From contig JBFJHJ010000004.1 in the NCBI GenBank assembly GCA_041613315.1, forward strand, positions 32,001 to 96,000: a DNA stretch of 64,000 nucleotides. Direction: 5' to 3'. Made by a program: the position numbers and the translations under genes. The notes under the pieces were generated by a model, which saw nothing but the letters and a program-made list of their open reading frames with translations, was not told where the DNA came from and did no database searches. Origin of the DNA: Gemmatimonadales bacterium (GTDB taxonomy: Bacteria; Gemmatimonadota; Gemmatimonadetes; Gemmatimonadales; GWC2-71-9). Shown in pieces: positions 10,007 through 21,861 of this stretch; within the stretch, counting starts at the first letter, position 1; the number at the start of each line of letters is the position of its first letter.

Positions 10007-12282
10007 GCCAGTCCCCGCGCGCGACGCAGACTCCACTCCGCCGTCACGAGCCCCATCAGCAGGAGCAGCACGATCGGCATGTTCCACAGGTCGTGTCGCT
10101 CGAACACCGTGGCGCCGCTCTCCGTGAAACGCACGTCTTCCGGGAGCGCCGCGACATCTTGCGCTCGGTAGAACCGGCCGCCCGTTTCCTCGGCGACGCG
10201 CTCGAGCGCCGGCCGGCGCATCGTGGCCCCGAAGTACTCCGTGTTCGGATCCCCGGCCTCGAAGAACGTCGTGTGGCTCCCCAGCAGCGTCCCGCCGCGG
10301 CGCGCCGTGACGGTCACGCGGTGCAGACCTTCCTCCGCGGCCACGAACCGGCCCCGGTACGCCCCGTCCTCCGCGACGTTCCACTCGAGCGACACGTCCG
10401 CCTCCACCCCGGAAGGCGGGACGACGCGGGCGATCACGGCGGCGCCGTTCACCCCCGCATACGCCGAGTCCGCCACGGCGGCCGACAGCACCACCGGCGC
10501 GCCCGGGGCCACACGGTCGGCCGACGTGGTGGCGGTGACCGGATCGGGCACGTAGCTCACGAGCCACCGCAGGAGCTGGCGCCAGAACGTCTCATGGGTC
10601 TGATCGTCGAGTGGCACGTCGGCGTGCATCTGCCACAGCCATGAGTCCTGAACCGGGAAGGCGAGCGCGCGGCCGCGCCCGTAGCGCTGGTAGGCGAGGA
10701 CCACCGAGGCGTCCGAGCGGCCGCCGTTCCGCCCCACGAGCAGCGTGCTGGCGCCCGGCTTGACCCCGGTGACACGGTTCACGGAGGAGAGGGGAGGCAC
10801 GCGCGCCCAGCGCGCCGCGGACGAGTCGAGCGTCGGGGCGATCTGGGTGGCTGGGTGCAGCCGCCCGACGGGCGTGAGCTCGACGCGCAGCTCCTGGAAG
10901 AACTCGCCCGCCGCGCCGTCGCCCAGGCGCTCCAGCTCGATCGGGACCGCGTCCGCGAGCGGGGTCCCGGCGTAGCCGCCCTCCCCCAGCGCCCGGCGCC
11001 CACCCAGGACGAGCAGTCCGCCGCCCCGATCGCGCACGAACTCCGCGAGCATCCGGAGCTGGTCGTGGGTGAAGTAGCTCGCCTCGATGCTTCCCAGGAC
11101 CACGCCACGATACCCGAACAGCTCCTCGCGCGTCTTGGGGAAGCCCGCCGCCAGCTCCTCGGGGTGGTCCACGTCGAGCCGGAGAAACTTGTTCTCCGCG
11201 GTCCGCTGGAAGACCACGACCTGGAGATTCGGGTCACCGGCCACGGCCCGCCGAATAAACTTGACCTCGAAGCGGGGCTCGCCCTCGAAGTAGAGGATCT
11301 TGTTGCGCCGCTCGTCCACGACGACCAGCGCCTCACGCATGTTGTTCTCCGTAACGCGCTCGCCGGCCTCGGGCAGGATCCGGAACTGGAACCGACGGAC
11401 CCCCGCCTCCGCAGCCGTGAACTGGACGCGCACCGTCGCGGCCTCACCGTCGGCCGGGAGCCGGACCGCCTGGGACGCGACGATACGGCCCGCATCCTCG
11501 ACGTCCAGCCGGACGGTCTTGCCGCGATATCCCGTCTGGGTGACCAGGACCTCGACCACGAGCGACGATCCCTCCAGCACGGTCCGCGGCGTCTCGACCC
11601 GCGCGATCTCGATGTCGCGATCGATGCGCTCCTCGCCCACCCCCACCGCGTACACCGGCACGCCGGCAGCCCGGAGCTGGTGCACCGACTCACCGAGCGC
11701 GTCCCCCGCGTGGTCGGCGCCGTCGGTCACGAGCACGATCCCGGCGAGCGGCACGGCGCTCAGGTCCTGGCGCACGCGGTCCAGCGCTTGTCCCACATGC
11801 GTCTCGGTGCCGGTGAAGCCGATCTCCTCGAGGCGGCCCACGCGTTCGGTGCCGCCCGCGAAGCGAAAGAACCGCAACTGGAACTGCCGGGCGAGCGCCG
11901 CCCGCAGCGCCCCATCGTCGCCGAACGCGTCGGCGACGAAGGCTCCGCGCGGCTGGCCCGTCCGGTCCGCAATCCGCATGCTTCGGGAGTCGTCGATGAG
12001 GATCCCCAGGAAGTTCTGTTGCGGCACCACCGTGGGCACCACGAGCGTCGGCCGCGTCAGGGCGAAGAGCACCACCAGCAACGCCGCAAGGCGGAGCGCC
12101 CCGAGCAGAGCCCGGTGACGGGGCGGAAGGCCGCCGCGGAGGCGCACGTACGCGACCACCGCCACGACCGCGCCCGCCGCGGCGAGCAGAACGAGCGGCC
12201 AGGGCGTGCTAAACGCGAGCTCGCCGCGCTGAAACAGCACCGGCCGGTACTTGAAGAGCAGGGCGAACACGGATTCGCCCAT
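10003..12282 (-). CDS. vWA + Ig-like + GATase1-like domain membrane protein
   Basis: N-terminal TMs; LIDDSRSM MIDAS and VLVTDG; ILYFEGEPRFEVKF; GGGLLVLGG; YGRGR; FWRQLLRWL; C-terminal TM ending EWSLRRARGLA. Confidence 0.85.
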   Translation of the reverse strand: MGESVFALLFKYRPVLFQRGELAFSTPWPLVLLAAAGAVVAVVAYVRLRGGLPPRHRALLGALRLAALLVVLFALTRPTLVVPTVVPQQNFLGILIDDSRSMRIADRTGQPRGAFVADAFGDDGALRAALARQFQLRFFRFAGGTERVGRLEEIGFTGTETHVGQALDRVRQDLSAVPLAGIVLVTDGADHAGDALGESVHQLRAAGVPVYAVGVGEERIDRDIEIARVETPRTVLEGSSLVVEVLVTQTGYRGKTVRLDVEDAGRIVASQAVRLPADGEAATVRVQFTAAEAGVRRFQFRILPEAGERVTENNMREALVVVDERRNKILYFEGEPRFEVKFIRRAVAGDPNLQVVVFQRTAENKFLRLDVDHPEELAAGFPKTREELFGYRGVVLGSIEASYFTHDQLRMLAEFVRDRGGGLLVLGGRRALGEGGYAGTPLADAVPIELERLGDGAAGEFFQELRVELTPVGRLHPATQIAPTLDSSAARWARVPPLSSVNRVTGVKPGASTLLVGRNGGRSDASVVLAYQRYGRGRALAFPVQDSWLWQMHADVPLDDQTHETFWRQLLRWLVSYVPDPVTATTSADRVAPGAPVVLSAAVADSAYAGVNGAAVIARVVPPSGVEADVSLEWNVAEDGAYRGRFVAAEEGLHRVTVTARRGGTLLGSHTTFFEAGDPNTEYFGATMRRPALERVAEETGGRFYRAQDVAALPEDVRFTESGATVFERHDLWNMPIVLLLLMGLVTAEWSLRRARGLA

Positions 12283-13095
12283 TTAGTGGCTCATCCCGTA
12301 CACAATGAGGTTTACGCCCAGCTGGTAGGCGAAGTTGGCGAGGGGGAGCGGGTAGAACGGATCTTCGGCCCATTCCCAGGCGTCGCCGAGGTCGGTGTTC
12401 CAGTTGATTGCCACGAGCAAGCGCTCGTCGTCGTCGAAGATGCCCAGGAGCGCCGGAACGAAGCCGTCGCGCTCCCAGGTGCGCCCACCGGCCCGGCCCA
12501 GGTAGACGTTGGGGACCTGGCGGAGTTCCCGGATGTCGTAGAACGCGTGCAGGAGCGGGTGGTCGAGCGGGATCTCGACGATGGGGCGGCCGGGCAGCAC
12601 GCGGCGGATCTCCCGCTCGAAGGTGCGCCATTCGGTGGTGCCCCAGAAATCGTCCACGACGAGAAACCCGCCGGCCAGCAGATAGTCGCGGAGCCCGCGG
12701 ACTTCCGCGTCGGTGAGCGCCATGTACCCGACTTCGACCGCATACAGGAATGGATAGCGTCGTAGCTCGGGATCGTCGAGCCGCACGGGATGCTCGCGCT
12801 CGTAGGCGTCGATCACCGTGAGGTGCCGGAGGCCGATGAGGAACTGGATGTCCGCCTTGGGATAGTCGGTGCGCCAGCTCGCGAAGCGCCGGCCGCCGAA
12901 GCCGCTGCTATAGATCGCCCGGGTGAAGTAGAACGCCCGACCGAGCGCCGGGGGGTCCTCGGCGTCGGCGGTCGCGGCCGGTGGCACACGCGCGGGCGCG
13001 CCGGGGCGAGCAGGATGCGTCGCCGACAGCACGACGGCAGCCCCCGCGAGGCCGGCGGCAAGCGGCACCGCGGCGCGGACGTGAAATGGGACCAG
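12283..13095 (-). CDS. DUF4159 domain protein, paralog A
   Basis: WRTDYPKAD, YLLAGGFLVVDDFWG, NTDLGDAWEW and LGVNLIVYGMSH motifs. Start uncertain: GTG at 13068, or CTG at 13095 with a GGGAG SD. Confidence 0.85.
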   Translation of the reverse strand: MVPFHVRAAVPLAAGLAGAAVVLSATHPARPGAPARVPPAATADAEDPPALGRAFYFTRAIYSSGFGGRRFASWRTDYPKADIQFLIGLRHLTVIDAYEREHPVRLDDPELRRYPFLYAVEVGYMALTDAEVRGLRDYLLAGGFLVVDDFWGTTEWRTFEREIRRVLPGRPIVEIPLDHPLLHAFYDIRELRQVPNVYLGRAGGRTWERDGFVPALLGIFDDDERLLVAINWNTDLGDAWEWAEDPFYPLPLANFAYQLGVNLIVYGMSH

Positions 13096-13205
13096 GACCG
13101 GTCTCCCGCGCTGGAGTGGGAAGGGGCGCCCGAGGAGGCGTAACCCCTTCCGGTATCTCTATTTCCAGTACCGGGTCAGGGACAGTTTAGTTCCCTGGCC
13201 CGCGC

Positions 13206-13669
13206 TCAGCGGCGAGCCTCGAAGAACGCCCGCAGCAGCTCACCGCACTCGTCGGCCATCACGCCGCCCCGTACCTCCGGGCGGTGATGGAGACTCGGAT
13301 GGCGCAACAGGTCGCCCACGCTCCCCGCCATGCCGGCCTTGGGGTCGTAGGCTCCGAAGAGCACGCGTCCGACGCGCGCGAGCACGATGGCGCCGGCGCA
13401 TTGGGCGCACGGCTCGAGCGTGATGCACAGGGTGGCCTCGTCCAGCCGGTCGCGGCCGGTGGCGGCCAGCGCCGCGCGGATCGCGAGGAGTTCGGCATGT
13501 TGGGTGAGATCGCGGCGGGCGATCGTCTCGTTATGGCCGCGACTCACCACGCGACCGTCCACCAAAACCGCGGCGCCCACCGGTACCTCGCCAGACGTCG
13601 CGCCCGCCTGGGCCTCCGCGAGGGCGGCCTCCATGCCGAGCCGATCGGTGTCGGCGAGCGGGGGACGTG

Positions 13670-13673
<4 letters not shown>
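13206..13673 (-). CDS. tadA: tRNA adenosine(34) deaminase
   Basis: [22 protein letters not shown] and FGAYDPKAG motifs. First ATG is at 13634; the frame extends to a CTG at 13673 that overlaps the clpB stop. Confidence 0.92.
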
Positions 13674-16309
<2,636 letters not shown>

Positions 16310-16402
16310 TCCTTATCCGTATCCGTGATGCGTGTTCCGGTGTCCGTCATCCGTTCACCCGTGTACGGCAGGACGAAACCGCCAGGTATCCACGACCTAA
16401 TG

Positions 16403-16418
16403 TGCAACCGTCATGCCC
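16403..16418 (-). promoter_or_regulatory. Putative sigma54 (-24/-12) promoter of clpB
   Basis: Minus strand reads GGGCATGACGGTTGCA, i.e. GG-N10-GC with TTGC at -12, about 95 bp upstream of the clpB ATG. Confidence 0.6.
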
Positions 16419-16514
16419 TTCGAAGTCAGCCAGTACGGCGTAACAGCTGCCAAAAAGACAGGGCGCACCGGCTTTCCTCGGTGCGCCCTGGAGCCTCAAC
16501 GCATCGGATGGATG

Positions 16515-16940
16515 CTATTTGATGATCGTCATCTTCCTCGAGACGCTCTGGCCATCCACCGTCAGCTGGTAGATGTACACTCCAGATGCGGCCTCCCGGT
16601 CGGTGCCCAGGACCTTCCCATCCCAGTATGCCGCGTACTCGCCGGTGCCGTTCCACGCCAGGACGATGTTTTCCAGCACTTCGCCGGAGCCCTGCAGCAT
16701 CGGGATCGCCACCAGCTGGGCGAGTACGTTGTAGATCCGGAGGCTCACGACCGGCTGACGCCCGTTTGCCCACGCCGACTGATCCACCGTGAAGGGGATC
16801 GTCGTTTCCGGATTGAACGGATTGGGGTAGTTCCTGTGGAGCTGCACCTTTGGGGGCGCGGCGCTGTCCTGCGCATCCATCACCGCAGGGGCAGCCACCA
16901 GGAGCCCAAGCGTCACCGCCGCCCAGGCCAACTGCCTCAT
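16515..16940 (-). CDS. Small secreted protein consisting of a FlgD-Ig/T9SS C-terminal-sorting-like domain
   Basis: AGGAG SD; signal peptide (…AVMDA|QDS); NYPNPFNPETTIPF, IYNVLAQLV, WDGK and SGVYIYQL…SRKMTIIK motifs. Confidence 0.8.
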   Translation of the reverse strand: MRQLAWAAVTLGLLVAAPAVMDAQDSAAPPKVQLHRNYPNPFNPETTIPFTVDQSAWANGRQPVVSLRIYNVLAQLVAIPMLQGSGEVLENIVLAWNGTGEYAAYWDGKVLGTDREAASGVYIYQLTVDGQSVSRKMTIIK

Positions 16941-17014
16941 GGCAAGCTCCTATCACACAGAAAAGTGCTTCGGTACAAGCTCCTCGTTTAGGTGCCCGTG
17001 TTGCTCTGTTGCGC

Positions 17015-17044
17015 AACTTACGAAGCGGCACGAACGGCTGTCAA
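17015..17044 (-). promoter_or_regulatory. Putative sigma70 promoter for the FlgD/CTD-like gene
   Basis: TTGACA-N18-TAAGTT on the minus strand; the -35 overlaps the selB stop. Confidence 0.45.
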
Positions 17045-18933
17045 GCCGGTTTCCCGACGCGTGTTGCGGCCGGTCCGGGGACACGGTAATCGCCGCTGCG
17101 CACAGTGAAACCGCTTGCGTCGAGCCACTCGAGCACGGGGATCAGGTATTTTCGCGTAAGTCCGGTTCTCTCACGGAGTTCCGCCGGCGTGGCCCGCCCA
17201 CGCTGCCGTACCTCGTCTACGACCGCGTCCCTGAGCCGCTCGAGCGCGCCCCGCTGATAGTATCGCGCGCGTCCGACGCGTACGGCTGTGCCCTGGCGCA
17301 CAAAGAACTCCAGCACGTCCCGGACGGTGCCGGCGCTCGACTCGCCTGCCAATTCCTCCGGTTCGGCACCATGGAACGCCGCGTCCGCCAAGCCGGTGCG
17401 CACCCGCTCGGCGAGGGCCTGCTGGGCGGCGGGGAGCGACGCCTGGAATTGCGTGAGCCGCATCGTGTTCCCCTCGATCGCCACTGCGCCTTCCGCCGCG
17501 AGCGCTTCCTGCACGTGGTCGGCGAGGGCCGCGTCTCCGGCCGCCGTCCGGAGCGCCTCGAGCGGCATTCCCGGATCCAGGGGATGCGTCCGGTGATGCG
17601 CGGCGATCGCCTCCAGCGTCCGGACGCGCAGTTCATCCACGAAGCGGCCGGCCAGCAGGCGGTCGCCGATGGGCGTAACGTTCTTGGCCGCCGCCGCGCC
17701 TTGCGCGTCGCGCACGTCGGCAGGCCGGATCCCGACCCGCACCGGCAGCGCCGCCATCGGAAGCCCGCGCCGCCCCTCGGCATCCACGAATGCCACCAGG
17801 CGCTCGATCGGGTCGGAGACCGCACGGCGCTCGAGCGCGCGAGGCCGGCGGGGTCGGGGCGCCGGCCACGGATCGACGACCACGCACCCGCCCATCGTCG
17901 TCACCGGCGAGTACGTGCGCAGCACACCGCGGTCGCCCCACCGCGCCACCGTCAGCGCCTCGAGCCGGAGGCGTGCGGCACCGGCGGCGCCCGGGGCGAT
18001 CGTCCCGTCGGCCGGCGTCACCCGCGCCATGATCTCCGCCGTCCCCAGGTGGAGTCGGATCCGCGACCGTTGGGTGAGTGGTCGCGCCGTGGGCAGGAGG
18101 GTGATCATGGCGTCGAGCGCCACCGTCGGGCGCCAGGCGTCGGACGTGACCACGACGTCGCCCCGCGTCACGGCCTGTCGGTCGATCCCGGCGAGGGCCA
18201 GGGCGGTCCGCCGGCCCGGCTCCGCCCGTTCGCGGGCCTCCCCGTGCACCTCGACCCCCCGCACGCGGCCCCGGACGTCGGCCGGCAGGACGCGCACGTC
18301 CTGGCCCACCTGCACGGTGCCGTTCCACGCGGTGCCGGTCACGACGGTGCCTGCCCCCGCGATACTGAACACGCGGTCCACCGGCATGCGGAAGACGTCG
18401 TCGGCCGCACGGGACGATGCCCGCTCCGCGGCCCGCCCAAGCGCGGCGACGAGCTCGTCCAGACCGTCCCTCGTGACGGCCGACGCGGCGACCGGCGCCT
18501 CCCACGTGATGGGGGACGCGTCGAGCCGCTCGACGAGATCGGCGCGGACCAGCTCGAGCCATTCCGCGTCGGCCAGGTCGCGTTTGCTGAGCACCGCGAC
18601 TCCCGTACGCACGCCGAGGAACTCGAGGATGGCCAGGTGCTCCACGGTCTGCGGCATGACGCCTTCGTCCGCCGCCACGACGAGGAGCGCCAGGTCCACC
18701 CCGGCGGCGCCCGCCACCATGTTCCGTACGAAGTGCTCGTGTCCCGGCACGTCGACGATGCTCGCCGTGAGCCCGTCCGCGAGCCGGAGGGGCGCGAACC
18801 CCAAGTCGATGGTGATGCCGCGGCGCTTCTCTTCCGCCCAGCGGTCGGTGTCGATGCCCGTGAGCGCCTTGACCAGCGCCGTCTTGCCGTGGTCCACATG
18901 ACCCGACGTCCCGATCACGACGTGCCGGCTCAT
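17041..18933 (-). CDS. selB: Selenocysteine-specific elongation factor SelB
   Basis: [33 protein letters not shown]-terminal winged helix [18 protein letters not shown] overlaps the recO stop. Confidence 0.95.
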   Translation of the reverse strand: MSRHVVIGTSGHVDHGKTALVKALTGIDTDRWAEEKRRGITIDLGFAPLRLADGLTASIVDVPGHEHFVRNMVAGAAGVDLALLVVAADEGVMPQTVEHLAILEFLGVRTGVAVLSKRDLADAEWLELVRADLVERLDASPITWEAPVAASAVTRDGLDELVAALGRAAERASSRAADDVFRMPVDRVFSIAGAGTVVTGTAWNGTVQVGQDVRVLPADVRGRVRGVEVHGEARERAEPGRRTALALAGIDRQAVTRGDVVVTSDAWRPTVALDAMITLLPTARPLTQRSRIRLHLGTAEIMARVTPADGTIAPGAAGAARLRLEALTVARWGDRGVLRTYSPVTTMGGCVVVDPWPAPRPRRPRALERRAVSDPIERLVAFVDAEGRRGLPMAALPVRVGIRPADVRDAQGAAAAKNVTPIGDRLLAGRFVDELRVRTLEAIAAHHRTHPLDPGMPLEALRTAAGDAALADHVQEALAAEGAVAIEGNTMRLTQFQASLPAAQQALAERVRTGLADAAFHGAEPEELAGESSAGTVRDVLEFFVRQGTAVRVGRARYYQRGALERLRDAVVDEVRQRGRATPAELRERTGLTRKYLIPVLEWLDASGFTVRSGDYRVPGPAATRVGKPA

Positions 18934-19679
18934 GCCAGGCCCTCCCAGAAACACAGCGCCCGCACCTCGCGCCCCTCGGCAACGTGGCGCTCGACGAACC
19001 GCACCAGAAGCCGGCGGTGCGCGGCCGCGTCCCGCGCCGCGAGCACGCCCACCTCCCCCGCGCTCCCCGCCACCAGCTGCTCGAACACGCCGCGATGGGG
19101 CGCCGCGAGCGTCGTGGTCTTTCCCGCGCGAGCGCACGCGGTGCACAGGAACCCGCCGTCGGGAACGGAGAAGGCGATCTTTCCCGCGGGCAGGGTGCGA
19201 CCGTCCCGGGCGCACACGTCCACGCTGGGGGTGAATCCCAGCGCGGCGATCACCGCCCAGAGCGCGGCGAGCGCCGCGGCGGGCAGCCGCTCGGCCGGGA
19301 CGGCGGCGAGGTGGTCCAGCTCCCGCACGACGAGCGTGAAGATCTCGGGATGGGGCTCCGGCGGCGCGAACCGCAACACCAGCTCGGCGAGCGCGGCTCC
19401 CGCGGCAAAGCGCGCGACGTGCGCCGCGAACACCGGACGCTGCACGGCAACGTCGAACTCGGCGAGCGTGTGCAGGTCACGGGTGGGCTTGAGGTAGAGC
19501 TGCGCCGTGCCCTCGCTCAGCACCTGCAGGCGAGCCCCGAACCGGCTCTTGGCGCGCTGCGCGCCCTTAGCGATCGCACTCTGCACCCCGTGATCGCGGG
19601 TCATCAACCGGACGATTTTCGACGTCTCACCGTAGGGGAAGGCGTGGAGAATGACCGCCGGCGTGCTGACGAGAGCCAT
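18930..19679 (-). CDS. recO: DNA repair protein RecO
   Basis: YGETSKIVRLMTRDHG…AIAKGA N-terminus; Zn-finger region CARDG…GGFLCTAC. Confidence 0.92.
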   Translation of the reverse strand: MALVSTPAVILHAFPYGETSKIVRLMTRDHGVQSAIAKGAQRAKSRFGARLQVLSEGTAQLYLKPTRDLHTLAEFDVAVQRPVFAAHVARFAAGAALAELVLRFAPPEPHPEIFTLVVRELDHLAAVPAERLPAAALAALWAVIAALGFTPSVDVCARDGRTLPAGKIAFSVPDGGFLCTACARAGKTTTLAAPHRGVFEQLVAGSAGEVGVLAARDAAAHRRLLVRFVERHVAEGREVRALCFWEGLA

Positions 19680-19809
19680 GGAGGAAAGATACTGGGGCAG
19701 AGGGGACCGAGGGGGGAGGAAGACGAGAGGGACCCGCGAGCCAACCGAGATCGAGCGACGACGGCCCGCCTCTGCGCTCCTGCCCCTCCCGCCCCTTCTC
19801 CCCCCGCCC

Positions 19810-21861
19810 TTACAGCCCCACTCGCCCCCCCACCATCACTGCGCGTCCCGGTGCCCGAAAGTGGAACACCTCCTCATAACGCACATCGAACACGTTCTCG
19901 ACGCGGACGAGGATGCCGGCGAACCGGCGGCCGCCGCGCCCTCTCACGAGATCGACCTCGGCCGCCACGTCCACCGCCGTGTATGCCGGCAGCGTGTCCC
20001 GTCGGAACAGGGCGAAGTCGACGTCGGCGCGGGCGCCGACGTGACGCACGTTCGTCGTGAAACGTGCGCGCGCCGGGAGCGCGTAGGACACACCGACGGC
20101 GTACTGCGTCGTGGGACGTCGCAGGAGCCGCCCGCCCTCGAGGAACTCCGCAGCCGGCCCGGCGGCGAACCCCGCATCACGCACGAGGGTGACGAGATGG
20201 GTGAGGCTCGCCGTGACCCTCAAGGGCGGCAGCGGATGAGCCGCGCCCTCCAGCTCGATGCCGGACGCGTCCGCGGCGGGCACGTTGAAGTAGTTCGGCG
20301 CGCCCGGCGCGGGCGGGGCGAACGTGAACTGGATCAGGTCACGAAACCGCTGGCTGAAATACGTCACGGCCAGCCGCGCGCGCCCCCGCGCCAGCTCGTG
20401 CTCGGCGCCGACCTCCCAACTCGTCGTGCGTTCCGGCACGAGCTCGGGGTTTCCGCGGGCGAAGGGACCCTCGGTGAAGTTCTCGAAGAAGGTGGGCTCC
20501 TTGAACGCCTTGCCGACGGACGCGCGGAGCCGCGGGCCGCGCGCGAACGCGTACGTCGCCCCGGCGCGATAGGTGAAGAACGTGCCGAACGCGTCGTTGT
20601 CGTCGACGCGCGCGCCCGCGGTCACGGCCAGACCCGGCGCCGGCCGCGCGTGCACCTGGACATAGTACCCCCGGTTCACGCGGTCGGCGGTGAGCGCACC
20701 CGTTGACGGACCGAACTCGCTGTCCGATTCGTTGCTGCTCTGCTCGCGCTGGCGCTCGAGGGCGGCGCCGAGCGTCACCACCTGGCCCCGGCCGAGGTGC
20801 AGGTTGAGGCGCGCGTCGGCTCCCCGGCGTTTCACCTGCTCCCGACTCCGGAAGGCGAAAAACCCGAGCGTGTCGGCGGGACCATCGGGCCGGTCGTCCT
20901 GCCCGCCGTCGGCGTCGTGGAGCGTGAGGAGCACCCGCGCTTCGAGCCGGTCGGTGAGGAAGCGACCCACGTCCAGCGCGCCCATGAAGCGCTCCTGCGT
21001 CTGAAAGGCATTCTCGTCCACCAGGTTGCCGGCGCCGTCGGTCGGGAAATGGAACTCACCGTCGGTGTAACGGACGCTCACGGTCGCCTCGGTGCCCGCG
21101 TCGGGCCGGGCCTGCACCGAGCCGCTCAGGACCAGGCGGTCGTACGCGCTGTTGAACGCGAGAATCCCGTCGGTCGTCGACCGAGCCACGCCCACGCCGT
21201 ACCGCACGGCCTCGAGCCCTCCGCTGACCTCGGCGTCCGCCGCCAACGACCCGTAACTGCCACCGCGGACACGCGCCGACCCCCGCAGTCTTCCGTGACC
21301 GCGCCGCGTGAAGATCTGGATCACACCGGCCACCGCGTCCGATCCGTAGAGGACGCTCGCGGGCCCGCGGACCACCTCGATCCGATCGACGTTGTCGGTC
21401 GTGAGATCGGCGAGATCCACCGCCCCGCCCGGCGCATTGAGCGGGACGCCGTCCACCAGCACCTTGACGTAATTGCCCTCCCCGCCGCGCACGAAGAGCG
21501 AGGTGAGCGCGCCGTACGAGCCGTTGCGGACCACCGCCACGCCGGGCACGCGGCGCAGAGCCTCCGCGACATCGCGGATGCCCTCGCTCCGAAGCGCCTC
21601 GCCGTCCAGCACCGTCACCGTGGCCGAGAGCGCCGACATCCGGGTTGGCACACGGGTAGCCGTCACCACCACGGGGGGGAGCCGGACGGTGTCGGGCTGC
21701 TGCGCGCGGAGCTCTGGCGCGGCCATCAGGAGGACGGGAAGGACGATCGTTGCGATGTGGCGCACGGGTACCACTCCTATCTTCGAGTTCATTGTCCGTT
21801 GTCCGTTCCCCGTAGTTCCGTGTTCGTTGACCGCTCGTCGCGCCGCAACCTCAGCTTTCAT
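19810..21861 (-). CDS. btuB: TonB-dependent receptor, BtuB-like (cobalamin)
   Basis: TonB box VVVTATR; plug motif RIEVVRGPASVLYGSDAVAGVIQIFT; GNPELVPE; ENVFD; last gene of a B12-riboswitch operon. Start uncertain (21861 or 21792). Confidence 0.85.
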   Translation of the reverse strand: MKAEVAARRAVNEHGTTGNGQRTMNSKIGVVPVRHIATIVLPVLLMAAPELRAQQPDTVRLPPVVVTATRVPTRMSALSATVTVLDGEALRSEGIRDVAEALRRVPGVAVVRNGSYGALTSLFVRGGEGNYVKVLVDGVPLNAPGGAVDLADLTTDNVDRIEVVRGPASVLYGSDAVAGVIQIFTRRGHGRLRGSARVRGGSYGSLAADAEVSGGLEAVRYGVGVARSTTDGILAFNSAYDRLVLSGSVQARPDAGTEATVSVRYTDGEFHFPTDGAGNLVDENAFQTQERFMGALDVGRFLTDRLEARVLLTLHDADGGQDDRPDGPADTLGFFAFRSREQVKRRGADARLNLHLGRGQVVTLGAALERQREQSSNESDSEFGPSTGALTADRVNRGYYVQVHARPAPGLAVTAGARVDDNDAFGTFFTYRAGATYAFARGPRLRASVGKAFKEPTFFENFTEGPFARGNPELVPERTTSWEVGAEHELARGRARLAVTYFSQRFRDLIQFTFAPPAPGAPNYFNVPAADASGIELEGAAHPLPPLRVTASLTHLVTLVRDAGFAAGPAAEFLEGGRLLRRPTTQYAVGVSYALPARARFTTNVRHVGARADVDFALFRRDTLPAYTAVDVAAEVDLVRGRGGRRFAGILVRVENVFDVRYEEVFHFRAPGRAVMVGGRVGL

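Noticed and set aside
13100..13205. tRNA or SRP RNA downstream of tadA
   Set aside because: No cloverleaf, TTCGA T-loop or SRP GGAA-loop motif; kept only as an unexplained structured element.
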